Shown one piece after another: positions 18,002 through 28,622 of a stretch of DNA of 64,000 nucleotides (positions are counted from its first letter, which is position 1; every line of letters begins with the position of its first letter). The notes beneath the pieces were generated by a model. That model was not told the DNA's origin. It was given only the letters and a program-made list of their open reading frames with translations, and searched no databases. The DNA comes from an uncultured Gammaproteobacteria bacterium. Its GTDB lineage: Bacteria; Patescibacteriota; Patescibacteriia; Magasanikbacterales; GWA2-37-8. Position numbers and translations under genes: made by a program. The stretch lies in assembly GCA_964465205.1 (NCBI GenBank), contig CAYXJO010000005.1, forward strand, positions 4,552 to 68,551, read 5' to 3'.

Positions 18002-18526
18002 ATGTCTATTTTTGACATTGTACTAATTGTGATTATTGCCGGGTTTGCACTCGCTGGTTTGTGGTTTGGTATTGTGCACACTATTGTCTCGTTAGCCGGT
18101 TCGGTGATAGCTACTTATTTGGCTACACGTTATTACGCTCCGGTAGCGGATTGGCTAATCGGTGTTACCGGTTGGAATCCAAATTTTTCTCGAGTAGCCA
18201 TCTTCATTGTTGCTTTTATTTTGATCAATCGTTTGGTGGTTTTAATTTTTTGGCTAATCAATAAAATACTCAAAATGTTCACCGGATTGCCAGTAATAAA
18301 AGCGGCCGATCGCGCGTTGGGCGCTCTGTTTGGCATCTTAGAAGGTGTGTTAATTTTGGGTATATTCTTTTATTTTATTGTCCGTTATCCAATTGGACAA
18401 ATGTTTATGGATTGGATCGCTACTTCCCAAGTGATGCCGTATTTGGATAAAGTGACAGCAATTGTCATGCCCTTATTGCCAGATGCGCTGCGACTCATAC
18501 GTAGTACTATTGAAGGTTTATTTTAA
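18002..18526 (+). CDS. CvpA-family membrane protein
   Basis: Four predicted TM helices and the CvpA-like pattern FDIVLIVIIAGFALAG...GLPVIKAADRALGALFG. Confidence 0.5.
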   Translation: MSIFDIVLIVIIAGFALAGLWFGIVHTIVSLAGSVIATYLATRYYAPVADWLIGVTGWNPNFSRVAIFIVAFILINRLVVLIFWLINKILKMFTGLPVIKAADRALGALFGILEGVLILGIFFYFIVRYPIGQMFMDWIATSQVMPYLDKVTAIVMPLLPDALRLIRSTIEGLF

Positions 18527-18530
18527 AAAT

Positions 18531-18878
18531 ATGTTGCTTATTCAGATCGTTTTAGTAGTTTTTTTCTTGTTTGCAATACTCAAAGTATTTGGGCGTTATC
18601 GCACCAATGATTTGCGGTTGTTCGGGTTAATTTTTTGGACCGTATTCTGGATAGCTGCCGGATTGGTGGTGCTCTGGCCCAATTCCACCATGCAATTGGC
18701 AAATCTGCTCGGTGTTGGTCGAGGGGTTGATGCGATTATTTATCTCGCGCTGGCTTTGTTGTTTTTTATCTTTTTTCGCATCACTGTTCAAGTCGAGCGT
18801 TTGTCGCGTGATGTTACCAAATTAACTCGCAAAATCGCTTTGTTGGAAGAAAAAAATCGCGATACTAATCCAAAGTAG
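18531..18878 (+). CDS. Small membrane protein with C-terminal coiled coil
   Basis: Hydrophobic N-terminal half, then ERLSRDVTKLTRKIALLEEKNR. Confidence 0.35.
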   Translation: MLLIQIVLVVFFLFAILKVFGRYRTNDLRLFGLIFWTVFWIAAGLVVLWPNSTMQLANLLGVGRGVDAIIYLALALLFFIFFRITVQVERLSRDVTKLTRKIALLEEKNRDTNPK

Positions 18879-18879
18879 T

Positions 18880-19368
18880 ATGCGCGTTTTCCATATTATA
18901 CCGGCGGCATTTAATTATTTTGATGATATTCAAGACGCAGCTTTTAAATTGATTGATGAATTGAACGATTTGGGAATCGAAGTAGACGCCACCACTATCC
19001 AATATGGAACAGTAAAAAAATCCGCTGAGCGTCATATACAGAAAATAGCGCCCTCACGCGAGTATGTTGGAAATATGTCGGTAGCCGAAGCAATAGAGCG
19101 TAGTGCAGATTATGATATTATTCATGTGCACTGTCCGCTATTTGGAGTGGCCGGGAAAATTTTGAACATTAAGCACAGATTTCCACACAAACCACTGGTT
19201 GTGACTTATTATCGTGGTGTGCATTGGCAGGATTTCTTTAGCGGTTTGATCAAACTATACAACTACTACTATTTGCCCAGATTGACCAAACAAGCTGATG
19301 CAGTTATAGCAACCGACGTCTCACCGCAACAAGTTGCAGATTTATATGAAGAATTGTTAAATACTTGA
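18880..19368 (+). CDS. Hypothetical protein (resembles N-terminal half of a GT4 glycosyltransferase, no catalytic half)
   Basis: MRVFHIIPAAF...YDIIHVHCP pattern as in Glyco_trans_4-like N domains. Confidence 0.3.
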   Translation: MRVFHIIPAAFNYFDDIQDAAFKLIDELNDLGIEVDATTIQYGTVKKSAERHIQKIAPSREYVGNMSVAEAIERSADYDIIHVHCPLFGVAGKILNIKHRFPHKPLVVTYYRGVHWQDFFSGLIKLYNYYYLPRLTKQADAVIATDVSPQQVADLYEELLNT

Positions 19369-19472
19369 CATCGGACTGATTATCCACTTGACTCAATCGG
19401 TCGTGATTGATAAAATTAGTAGGTGAATTAGTTGCAAAACCAATTTTTTAATAACTTAATTTAAATAAATTT

Positions 19473-20303
19473 ATGTCAGAAAGTAAAAAAACTTTTTTTG
19501 AAAGTTTGGATCCGAAAAGCGCTTTGGTGGTTGGTTTGGTAGGTGGGTTATTAGTAATCGGTACGATAGGTTTTGTAGTATTGGGCACAATGGCTCTACG
19601 TGGAGGAGTAAACTGCGGAGTGAAGGCGACCACCGCAGGTACAGTGTCTTTACAGACGCCGACTGGTGATAACACCCAAGATGCTCAACCGGCAGTGCAA
19701 GTTAGCGCTCCGAAAGCAGACAAGCCGGTGGCGGAAGTTTTTGTTATGTCATATTGCCCTTATGGCATTCAGATGGAACAGGCGGTTTTGCCGGTTATGG
19801 ATTTGCTCAAAAACAAAGCTGATATTTCTGTCAAATTTGTGTCTTACGCCATGCATGGTTTGAAAGAGGTTGAAGAGAATACTCGTCAATATTGTATCCA
19901 AAAAGATCAACCGAGCAAGTTTGTTGCATATCTTAAATGTTTTGTTGGTTCACAAGACTATGCTAGTTGTTTGAATGCGGCTGGTGTAAATAAGGGTGCG
20001 GTGGATACTTGTGTGGCTTCGGCCAATAAGCAGTTTGGTATTATGGATAAATACAATGATCAAACTACTTGGTTGAGCGGTCGTTATCCGATTTATCCCA
20101 TTCATGAAGATTTGAATCAAAAATATGGTGTAGAAGGCTCGCCGACATTTATATTGAATGGAGCTCAGGTAAACGTGGGTCGTACCCCCGAGGCTGTGAA
20201 ACAGGCTATTTGCAGTACCTTCAATAAGGCACCGAGTGAGTGTGCTACCGTATTGGCTGGTGCTGGTGCGGCGACGGCAGCCACTGGTGGTTGTGGTGAA
20301 TAA
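19473..20303 (+). CDS. Membrane-anchored thioredoxin-fold (DsbA-like) protein
   Basis: N-terminal TM helix; VFVMSYCPYGIQ sits at the position of the thioredoxin active site; GSPTFILNG C-terminal cis-Pro-loop-like motif. Confidence 0.45.
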   Translation: MSESKKTFFESLDPKSALVVGLVGGLLVIGTIGFVVLGTMALRGGVNCGVKATTAGTVSLQTPTGDNTQDAQPAVQVSAPKADKPVAEVFVMSYCPYGIQMEQAVLPVMDLLKNKADISVKFVSYAMHGLKEVEENTRQYCIQKDQPSKFVAYLKCFVGSQDYASCLNAAGVNKGAVDTCVASANKQFGIMDKYNDQTTWLSGRYPIYPIHEDLNQKYGVEGSPTFILNGAQVNVGRTPEAVKQAICSTFNKAPSECATVLAGAGAATAATGGCGE

Positions 20304-20335
20304 TTTACTTTTTTAACAATAACCTACTTAAATGT

Positions 20336-20644
20336 ATGGGAAATTTTAAAAAAGGTTTAGTATTAGGCGGTTTGGTTGGCGCGGCGCTTATGTGGTTGAA
20401 CGTTACCCCAAAGGGTAAAGAAATGCGCGCCAAGATGTTGTCTCACGTGAACGCGCTTTATGGTGAGCTTAAAGAAAGCCTCATGCAATTAGAGGGGCCT
20501 ACGCAAGAGATGTATGATGCTTTGGTAGAACGAGCGGTAACAGAGTATGCCGCCAAAAAAGAATTAGCGATAGAAATGAAAAATTCCATGATTCGTGAAT
20601 TAAAAAAACGTTGGGTTGCTCTCGAGAAAGAATTAAAAAAATAG
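20336..20644 (+). CDS. YtxH-like small protein
   Basis: GLVLGGLVGAALMWL...PKGKEMRAKM matches the YtxH/DUF948 N-terminal pattern. Confidence 0.4.
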   Translation: MGNFKKGLVLGGLVGAALMWLNVTPKGKEMRAKMLSHVNALYGELKESLMQLEGPTQEMYDALVERAVTEYAAKKELAIEMKNSMIRELKKRWVALEKELKK

Positions 20645-20665
20645 GCTAAATAAAAAACCAAAAAT

Positions 20666-21829
20666 ATGCGATCTAATAGGGGACTTAAATTAGTATTGCT
20701 AACTTTTTTGGTTTTTTTTATTGCTGGCTGCGGTACTACCAAACAACCTGGTTTGCCGGTGCCAGAAGATTATAATCAATTGGTGTCGGAAACGACTGGT
20801 AAATTACCTATTAGCGGTGATAATTTGGATATCAGTAGTTGGAGTAAATATGCCAAGCGCGCTTACGGTTTGGCATTTGAATATCCATCTAATTGGTGGA
20901 TGCGAGTGTCGCCACAAGGAAGTAACTCGGCTTTGGTGAGTTTGGGTAATTTGAGCTGTGGTTTGCAGTGCCCGCCTCAATTTGTCGGGATAGAAATTAA
21001 ATCCGGTATTAGACGAAATACCAGCACGGATTTTGCCGACTGGATTAAGACCGCAGTGTCCAAAGGCGAAATTGCTGGGTTACCACCCGGTTCTAAATTG
21101 GATTCGTCCAAATTGGGCAAACGCAGTGCTTGGTTGGTCAACAAAAGCGTAATTGCGGGAGCGATAGACGGGCAAACATACTTGATTGAACAAGACGAAA
21201 CGCATTATGCCTATGTTAGTATTGGCTTAAACAATTTGCTGCCCAAAGCCAGATCAATTGTGGATAAAATTATAAATACTGTAAAAATAGCGCGCTTACC
21301 GGTCGATTTGTCTACACTAGCCGGTAATGGTGTTGATACTGGGGACGGTATTATAGAAGAAGGTGCAAGTATAGATAATGATAATTTTGTGGCACAGGTC
21401 GGAGAGAAGCGCTATCTCAATAATTACTATCGTTTTAGTTTGGTTTTTCCGGGGAATTGTAAATTGCTAAATGTTACAGAAGATGTGGATATGCCGATTC
21501 AGTTGGAGCTGTCTTTGTGCAGCTCTAATGGAGAATCTCCTAAAATGGGGGTTAGAATTTATAAAGATACCTCGGCCGATGTGGTGGCACAATCGATTTT
21601 TGGTGCACGTGGGCTCAATACTTATCGCGACGGAGAAACCAAAATCATGTTAGCTGATAGTGTGATTGGTAAAAATATCAATTTATTGGCTGGGGAAAAT
21701 CGCTTACCTGAGCGTTGGGTGATCGCCGAACGTGCCAACATCGTTTATGTATTGTACACGCTGGATAATACATCACCTTATAAAGGTTGGTTTGACTTTG
21801 TGATTAGAAAATTTAAGTTTTTATATTAA
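20666..21829 (+). CDS. Lipoprotein, function unknown
   Basis: Signal peptide with lipobox FIAGC. Confidence 0.5.
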   Translation: MRSNRGLKLVLLTFLVFFIAGCGTTKQPGLPVPEDYNQLVSETTGKLPISGDNLDISSWSKYAKRAYGLAFEYPSNWWMRVSPQGSNSALVSLGNLSCGLQCPPQFVGIEIKSGIRRNTSTDFADWIKTAVSKGEIAGLPPGSKLDSSKLGKRSAWLVNKSVIAGAIDGQTYLIEQDETHYAYVSIGLNNLLPKARSIVDKIINTVKIARLPVDLSTLAGNGVDTGDGIIEEGASIDNDNFVAQVGEKRYLNNYYRFSLVFPGNCKLLNVTEDVDMPIQLELSLCSSNGESPKMGVRIYKDTSADVVAQSIFGARGLNTYRDGETKIMLADSVIGKNINLLAGENRLPERWVIAERANIVYVLYTLDNTSPYKGWFDFVIRKFKFLY

Positions 21830-21845
21830 TCTCTTCTGCAAAACA

Positions 21846-21876
21846 AAAAGCCTCGATTTAGTCGAGGCTTTTTTTG
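21846..21876. terminator. Bidirectional terminator AAAAAGCCTCGA-ttta-GTCGAGGCTTTTTTT between convergent genes
   Basis: A-run, perfect stem, then T-run. Overlaps the recJ stop. Confidence 0.75.
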
Positions 21877-23669
21877 ATATCTTCAATTTTTAATTCTAGT
21901 TCACGATTACCATTCCATTCATTCACATCAATAGTGAAAGCTAAATCAATTTTATCATTCGGATGGAGTGTGACGCGCCAATTTTCCGGGTGGCGAGTAG
22001 TGTCGCCGAAGCCAAAGGCGATAGTTTTGCGCACGGTATGTGAATTGTGTTTGACCATTAGGCGTAAATGTTTACCATCTTGTCCTACGGGATCGGCTGA
22101 CACCAGTGTGAGGCCGCGTGCGGCATAGGTCGGTTCGGGGTTGTTCATACCAAAAGGTTCAAATTTTTGTAATAAATCATATAATTTCCAATTCACATCT
22201 TCCAGATTCACTTCAGCATCAATTTCGATTTGAGGAATAAGTTCGACATTTTCAAGTTCAGTTTTGGCTTTTTTGGTGATAGTGTTTTTAAATTTTTCTA
22301 AAGTTTTTTTATCAGCAATAGATAATCCGGCCGCTTGTGGGTGTCCGCCGAATTTGATAAAAAACTGAGGCATGCTTTGAATGGCAGCGATAAGATTGAA
22401 CTCGGCGATGCTGCGTCCTGAGCCCACGATATCTCCGTCTGCGCTTTTACCCAAAGCTATTACTGGTTTATAGAATTCATCTTTTAATTTACCGGCCACT
22501 AGTCCCAAAATACCGGTTGTCCAATTTTCATCAAAAACAAACAAAACAGGAGCATCAGTTTGTTTGGTGGTGGCGATTTGTTCGCGTGCAGCACTAACGA
22601 TCTGTTCGGTTAGCTTTTGTCTGTCGGTATTATTTTTATTGAGTTGTTCGGCTAATTTTTTCGCAGTAACCTTGTCGTCAGACATCAATAATTCAAAAGC
22701 GGCGTTGGCATGTTCCATACGACCAGCAGCGTTGAGGCGTGGTACGATTTGGAAACCGATAGTATGGGTGTCGCAAACGCGTTTGAGTTTGCCGCTTTCA
22801 TCGGCAATACCAGTGGTCACGAACAGTTCGCGCAATCCGATATTTTTGGTTTTATTTAATACGGTTAATCCATAGCGCGTGAGTGTGCGGCTTTCACCAA
22901 TGAGAGGTACCATATCACCCACGGTCGCAATCGCCACCAGATCAAGCAGCCACTTTTCGAAACCTTCGCAGGATTCTTGTTCGGATAATTTGCCAAAAGT
23001 GTTAGCACAGTGTTTTTGCAATAGTGCTTGAGCAAGTTTGAAAGCCACACCTGCGCCACAAAGTCCTTTGTCTGGATATGTTTCTCCGGGTAATTTGGGG
23101 TGGATAATAGCATCTGCTGGTGGCAGGTCGGCAGGTATGGCATGGTGGTCGGTGACGATTACTTGCATGCCTAGCTCTTTTGCCAGTTTGATTTCTTCCA
23201 GATTACTTACTCCACAATCACAGGTGATGATTAAATTGGTTTTATGTTTTTGGTGTAAATGAGTAATGGTGTTTTTGTTTAATCCGTAGCCGTCGATTTC
23301 TCGGTGTGGTAAAAATACCCTTGTGCCTTCTTCGTTTTCTTTTTCTGTAAACGGTTTGGCTCCCAGTTTCAGTATGGTTTTTACAAGAATTGTGGCGGCA
23401 CATACACCATCAGCATCATAATCGCCGTGCACGGTGATGTTTTTGTGATTTTGTATAGCGTCAAAAATAATTGCAATCGCTTTGTCCATATCGCGAAAAA
23501 GAAAAGGATCGTGAATGTCGGAGGAGTAATCGGGGTTTATAAATTCATCAATTTGTGTCTGGGTTTGGATGCCGCGAGTATACAAAAGACGCGCCACAAT
23601 CGGCGGTAATTCGGGATGATCGGAAATAAATTGTTCAGGTGGTGTCGATTTGATAATCCATTTCTTCAT
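21858..23669 (-). CDS. recJ: Single-stranded-DNA-specific exonuclease RecJ
   Basis: DHH motifs HGDYDADGV and DHH, DHHA1 GGHPQAAG. Confidence 0.85.
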   Translation of the reverse strand: MKKWIIKSTPPEQFISDHPELPPIVARLLYTRGIQTQTQIDEFINPDYSSDIHDPFLFRDMDKAIAIIFDAIQNHKNITVHGDYDADGVCAATILVKTILKLGAKPFTEKENEEGTRVFLPHREIDGYGLNKNTITHLHQKHKTNLIITCDCGVSNLEEIKLAKELGMQVIVTDHHAIPADLPPADAIIHPKLPGETYPDKGLCGAGVAFKLAQALLQKHCANTFGKLSEQESCEGFEKWLLDLVAIATVGDMVPLIGESRTLTRYGLTVLNKTKNIGLRELFVTTGIADESGKLKRVCDTHTIGFQIVPRLNAAGRMEHANAAFELLMSDDKVTAKKLAEQLNKNNTDRQKLTEQIVSAAREQIATTKQTDAPVLFVFDENWTTGILGLVAGKLKDEFYKPVIALGKSADGDIVGSGRSIAEFNLIAAIQSMPQFFIKFGGHPQAAGLSIADKKTLEKFKNTITKKAKTELENVELIPQIEIDAEVNLEDVNWKLYDLLQKFEPFGMNNPEPTYAARGLTLVSADPVGQDGKHLRLMVKHNSHTVRKTIAFGFGDTTRHPENWRVTLHPNDKIDLAFTIDVNEWNGNRELELKIEDIKKSLD

Positions 23670-23696
23670 AAATCATCAGAGTGTGAAACAATAAAA

Positions 23697-24089
23697 TTAT
23701 TTTTTTACAATGTTACCAAAAGTCATGGCTGTAAAATCCCAGTAACTATCTGCGAGGAAAATTGTAAAGGCGAGAAACAAAGCATTGATGGACCAGTAGT
23801 CAGAAGCGGGGACAGGTGTCTCGTATGAAGCGAAAATCATGACACCGAGCACTATCCAATAGGCGAGTGATTTGCCGGTGAGATAACGGCGATCACCGAT
23901 GCTGATAGTGGCGCGTACACGAATGAGTCCGGTGATATATAAAATCAAAAGCGGAGTCATGACATACCATTCATAGTCGTGCGGGTCCACGCCAATAAAT
24001 TTGAGAAAATAAAACATTGCCCATGTAAGTAGGAGTAGAGCAAAAAATAAGAATATAATATCCAGTTGGTATTTGCGCAGTATTTGCAT
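23697..24089 (-). CDS. Hypothetical membrane protein (130 aa)
   Basis: Three or four hydrophobic helices. Preceded by a 31-aa hydrophobic mini-ORF with a TAAtATG junction (24090-24185, not separately annotated). Confidence 0.4.
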   Translation of the reverse strand: MQILRKYQLDIIFLFFALLLLTWAMFYFLKFIGVDPHDYEWYVMTPLLILYITGLIRVRATISIGDRRYLTGKSLAYWIVLGVMIFASYETPVPASDYWSINALFLAFTIFLADSYWDFTAMTFGNIVKK

Positions 24090-24277
24090 ATTAACGGAAT
24101 GCGGGTGCGACGGTGAAGAGTACCATTGCGAAAATTCCGATAATAGCGACTAGTGCCCAGAGGGCTTTGATGGTTTTGTGTTTCACATGATTTTACTTAC
24201 GTGTCGATTCGGTATTTTTATTCGCTCCTTGTGCTTCGCAGTGTCGCTACACAAAAATCCGAATCTTCACTTTAAAA

Positions 24278-26077
24278 TTATCTTTTAAGCACCGCCAAAT
24301 ATGTCTCGGTGGGAATATCTACCTTACCGTGTGACAACATGCGGCTTTTGCCTTTTTTCTGTTTTTGCAATAATTTCATTTTACGCGTGTAATCGCCGCC
24401 GGACATTTTGGCCAAAACATCTTTACGTAGGGCCGACAGTCGTTCGGCCGCAATAACTTTGCCGCCGATAGACGCTTGTAATTTTACCACAAATTGTTGG
24501 CGAGGCAAACTGTCTTTGAGTGATTCGACGATTTTTTTGCCGGTTTTGTAGGCCTCGTCACGCCACACCAGCGTGGTTAGTTCTTCCACTGGTTCGTCAG
24601 CTACTGCGATATCCAGTTTTACCACGTCGGTCGGTTCGTAGTTTTTGTATTCATAATTCATACTAGCATAGCCACTCGTGACCGTCTTTAGTTTGTCATA
24701 AAAATCCGTGATCAAAGACGCGAGAGGGATTTCATAATGTAGTAGCGCGCGCTGATCGGCACCGGTGGATAAGTATTCGGTATTCAAATATCTACCCTTA
24801 CGTTCGGCGATCAGCCCCATGATAGCTCCCACATAATCTTTGGGAGTGATAATGTCCAAAGTCATCCAAGGCTCGGTGATTTCTCGCAGGTGTGCCGGAT
24901 CAGGCATAGTTTGTGGGCTTTTTACCACAATTTGTTCGTTATTGGTTTTGGTAATATGATAGGCAACGCTGGGTACTGTAATAATAATATCAATATCAAA
25001 TTCACGACGTAGGCGTTCTTGGAAAATGTCTAAATGCAGCATACCAAGAAATCCACAACGAAACCCAAATCCGAGGGCATGTGAGTGTTCTGGTTCAAAA
25101 GATAGTGCCGAGTCGCTTAATTTTAATTTTTCAATGGCGTCGCGTAATTCTCCGTAAGCATCACCTTCCTTTGGAAATATTCCGGCAAATACCATAGCTT
25201 TGACATCTTTGTATCCGGGCAGGGGATTACTGACTACTCCTCGGTCATTTTCTTTACTAAATATAGTAATTGTGTCGCCTACACGACAATCCGTGACTTT
25301 TTTTAAGCCAGTGACAATATAGCCGGTGTTACCGTTTTCCAATTTGGGTTGTGGAGAAAATTTGGGAGTATAGTAACCAACTTCAATAGCTTCGGCCGGA
25401 GTGTGGGTGGACATGAGAAAAATCTTGTCGCCTTTATTGATGTTTCCGTCTACCACACGCACGGCGGCCACTACTCCACGATATTCATCGTACATCGAAT
25501 CAAATATCAATGCGCGCAGTGGTTCGGATGCGGTGTTGATTGGTGGCGGTACTTGTTGTATTACGGATTGTAATATTTTTTCTACACCCTCGCCGGTTTT
25601 GGCCGAACATAAAATAATTTCTTCTTCTTTACAACCCAATAAGTGAATTATCTCGGCTTTGGTTTTGGGTACGTTCGAAATCGGCATGTCAATTTTATTG
25701 ATTACTGGAATGATGGTGAGGTTTTGTTCGAGTGCCAAGTACAAATTACCAATAGTTTGCGCTTGTACGCCTTGGGTAGCATCTACAAGCAGTATCGCAC
25801 CTTCCACAGCCGCTAGTGATCGAGACACTTCATAATTGAAATCTACGTGTCCGGGGGTATCAATCAAATTCAAAACGTATTCACCATAGTTCATGCGTAC
25901 CGGCGTGAGTTTGATCGTGATACCGCGCTCACGTTCCAAATCCATCGAATCCAGTAATTGTGCTTTCATGTCGCGTTTGTTCACCGTGCCAGTCAATTCC
26001 AAAAATCGATCAGCCAGCGTAGATTTGCCGTGATCAATGTGAGCGATTATACAGAAATTTCTAATATTAGCATTCAT
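24278..26077 (-). CDS. lepA: Elongation factor 4 (LepA)
   Basis: IRNFCIIAHIDHGKSTLADR, DTPGHVDF, and a LepA-specific C-terminal domain. Confidence 0.9.
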   Translation of the reverse strand: MNANIRNFCIIAHIDHGKSTLADRFLELTGTVNKRDMKAQLLDSMDLERERGITIKLTPVRMNYGEYVLNLIDTPGHVDFNYEVSRSLAAVEGAILLVDATQGVQAQTIGNLYLALEQNLTIIPVINKIDMPISNVPKTKAEIIHLLGCKEEEIILCSAKTGEGVEKILQSVIQQVPPPINTASEPLRALIFDSMYDEYRGVVAAVRVVDGNINKGDKIFLMSTHTPAEAIEVGYYTPKFSPQPKLENGNTGYIVTGLKKVTDCRVGDTITIFSKENDRGVVSNPLPGYKDVKAMVFAGIFPKEGDAYGELRDAIEKLKLSDSALSFEPEHSHALGFGFRCGFLGMLHLDIFQERLRREFDIDIIITVPSVAYHITKTNNEQIVVKSPQTMPDPAHLREITEPWMTLDIITPKDYVGAIMGLIAERKGRYLNTEYLSTGADQRALLHYEIPLASLITDFYDKLKTVTSGYASMNYEYKNYEPTDVVKLDIAVADEPVEELTTLVWRDEAYKTGKKIVESLKDSLPRQQFVVKLQASIGGKVIAAERLSALRKDVLAKMSGGDYTRKMKLLQKQKKGKSRMLSHGKVDIPTETYLAVLKR

Positions 26078-26082
26078 ATTTA

Positions 26083-27720
26083 TTAATTTCGAGTATCGGT
26101 TTCTACCTCGACCGGTACCTGTGTAGTACGTAACCAGCGTTTTTTGAATGATTGTACGAAAGTAAATAGTTCATCTGATTTCAGGGCATAGCATATCAGA
26201 CAATACACTATAAGTCCAGATATGCCTGCGATCGCCCCTTGTCCAAATATGCCCCAAAAGTAATCTAAATCAAATGCTTGGGCGAGTGGATATTTGAGTA
26301 GTTGTATAGTGATCGCCATTGCCAGAGCTGCCAAAGAGATTCTCCAAAGAGAAGCTAGTAGTTTGGACTCGTTTAGAGTTTTGATGCGTTCACGCAATGC
26401 GATAGCCAATAGGATTAAATTGGTAATTGCTCCGATAGAGGCGGCAAGTGCGAGACCGGAAACGCCTATTTTTTTCATCAATATTAAAGAAAAAATAATA
26501 TTGATAAGTGCCGCCACTACACCTATTACAAAGGGGGTCTTGGTGTTTTCTAGAGCATAAAATCCACGCGTAAAAATGGGATTTAGTGCCTGAGCGAACA
26601 AACCGAGCGAAAAAAAGGCCAATGCATCGGCAGTGTTGATAGTTGCGGTCCAATCAAAAGCACCCGAACCTAAAATTACACGTACGATCTGTGCTCGGAG
26701 CAACATAAAAATTACTGTTAGGGGTATGATTAGGAATAGCACTTGCCGCACTGTGTGCATTAAACTATTAATGAATCCTGGCAGGTCGTTTTCGGTATGT
26801 TTTTGAGATAGTATGGGAAATACTGCCAATGCAAATGGTATTCCGATTATACCAATTGGTACCCATTGTAAATTATCTGCATAGTTGTATGCCGCGATTG
26901 CTCCTGCCGGCAAAAGCGATGCCAGTATGGTAGTAATGATATTATTTAAATTGGATACAGCCAGACCAAGAGTGCGTGGAATCATGAGCTTACCAATAGT
27001 CCAAGTGTTTTTGTCTTTCCAATTAAGTATCGGTCGCCATTGCCAGCCAGCATTCCAGGCTCCGAAAAATTGAATCAGACAATGCATGGACGCCCCCAAC
27101 ACCACACCAATCGGCAAACCGATTATGCCAAACGTTTGAATTAGTACGGTGGCCCCAATAATAATTCCAATATTGTAAAAAATTGGTGCCAGCGAATAAA
27201 GTACAAAACGTCTGAGTGATTGCAGTATGCCCCCCACGACCATAGATATTCCTAAAAATATTGGCGATACAAACATGATACGTATGAATACTGCCACAGT
27301 CGTGCGGTTATAGTTGTCCATGCCCGGGGCGATTATTTTGGATAGGGGGTGGGCGAATATTATTCCGCCCAGTGCCAGAATTACCAAAGATAATCCGATA
27401 ATATTAATTACGTTGTTGGCCAGATCCCATGCCGGCTTTTTGTCGGCGCTCGTTTGAAAGAGTTTGGTGAATACCGGTATGAATCCGGCGGTGAGGGCAC
27501 CAACCACGAGTAAATTATAAATCAAGTCGGGGATTTTGAATGCCGCATAGTAGGCGTCCATGGTTGGGCCGGCTCCAAATTGATGTGCCAAAATACGATC
27601 GCGCGCCAAACCAACGAATTTATTAATCAAAGAAGCCGCCGCAATGATAATGGCGGCCCCGGTCACACTACTAGAAGCATGATTAAAAAATTTAGGTAAC
27701 ATCATAGTCGATACCAGCAA
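26083..27720 (-). CDS. murJ: Lipid II flippase MurJ (MviN)
   Basis: GLARDRILAHQFGAG...DAYYAAFKIPD is the MurJ N-terminal signature; about 14 TM helices. Confidence 0.8.
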   Translation of the reverse strand: MLVSTMMLPKFFNHASSSVTGAAIIIAAASLINKFVGLARDRILAHQFGAGPTMDAYYAAFKIPDLIYNLLVVGALTAGFIPVFTKLFQTSADKKPAWDLANNVINIIGLSLVILALGGIIFAHPLSKIIAPGMDNYNRTTVAVFIRIMFVSPIFLGISMVVGGILQSLRRFVLYSLAPIFYNIGIIIGATVLIQTFGIIGLPIGVVLGASMHCLIQFFGAWNAGWQWRPILNWKDKNTWTIGKLMIPRTLGLAVSNLNNIITTILASLLPAGAIAAYNYADNLQWVPIGIIGIPFALAVFPILSQKHTENDLPGFINSLMHTVRQVLFLIIPLTVIFMLLRAQIVRVILGSGAFDWTATINTADALAFFSLGLFAQALNPIFTRGFYALENTKTPFVIGVVAALINIIFSLILMKKIGVSGLALAASIGAITNLILLAIALRERIKTLNESKLLASLWRISLAALAMAITIQLLKYPLAQAFDLDYFWGIFGQGAIAGISGLIVYCLICYALKSDELFTFVQSFKKRWLRTTQVPVEVETDTRN

Positions 27721-27725
27721 AGCTG

Positions 27726-28424
27726 TTATTTGGTGGAGCTAGCGAAAGACGTGGTTGGAGAAAAGTAATTATTGACTGTCAGCAGTACGTATTGTGATCG
27801 ACTTTTATTTTCTGGAGTCCAGGCGGCATATACCGATCCAGATATGCCATCAGCGCGCGACCAGTTGATTTGTCGAAAGGTTTTACCTTCACTCTCGGTA
27901 TCGATAGAGAATTTCTTTTTATCCAATTCTTTTTTGTAATAAGAAATTAAAAAAGCCGGTGATGTGTCCAAATCACGCCATTCTACTTGTACAGTATCAT
28001 GTTGATTAGCCAATGGAGTGCTGACAACTCGCCAGATATTTTTGAGTGATGCGGAATTTTGGCTTTGATCAGTATTTGGTTCTGCTTGTGGGGCGAGACG
28101 AGCGATCAGAGGAGAGAGAATTATTTTTGGAAAAAAAGCCGCTATTTCCACGCCGCGATTTTTATAGCGGCCGGAAATATAAGTAATAGTCTCAATATTT
28201 TCGCGGTCATAAATTGGCACGTCGGCGGGAAAGTTGTCCGGTAATTTTTTCAGAGTTTTAGGTCCAGGGCCGAGAGAAAATTTTAATGCCACTATGCCTA
28301 TTATGATCAAAATGATAATAATCAGGCAGCTAGTTAGACAAGTTTTCAAAAAACCGTGACGTTTTTTGGAGAGTTCCTCAATCGGGGGTTCGACGATTTC
28401 GATGTTGTCAATATTTTTGGGCAT
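27726..28424 (-). CDS. Hypothetical membrane-anchored protein
   Basis: Single N-terminal TM helix (LIIIILIIIGIVAL); no recognisable domain. Confidence 0.35.
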   Translation of the reverse strand: MPKNIDNIEIVEPPIEELSKKRHGFLKTCLTSCLIIIILIIIGIVALKFSLGPGPKTLKKLPDNFPADVPIYDRENIETITYISGRYKNRGVEIAAFFPKIILSPLIARLAPQAEPNTDQSQNSASLKNIWRVVSTPLANQHDTVQVEWRDLDTSPAFLISYYKKELDKKKFSIDTESEGKTFRQINWSRADGISGSVYAAWTPENKSRSQYVLLTVNNYFSPTTSFASSTK

Positions 28425-28622
28425 AAGTAGGTGAAAATTGTTAGCTTCAAAATATAAAAACCGGCAATAAATGTCTGGGGTTATTCTAACAAATTTTGGC
28501 TAATTTGTACAGAATGATTTTTTTGTTTTATATCTTGACAAGAATAATAAAAAATAGTAGATTGCGAGTAGTTATTTGAACAATTTTTTAACACAATTTA
28601 GGAAACAGAACAGGAGATCGAA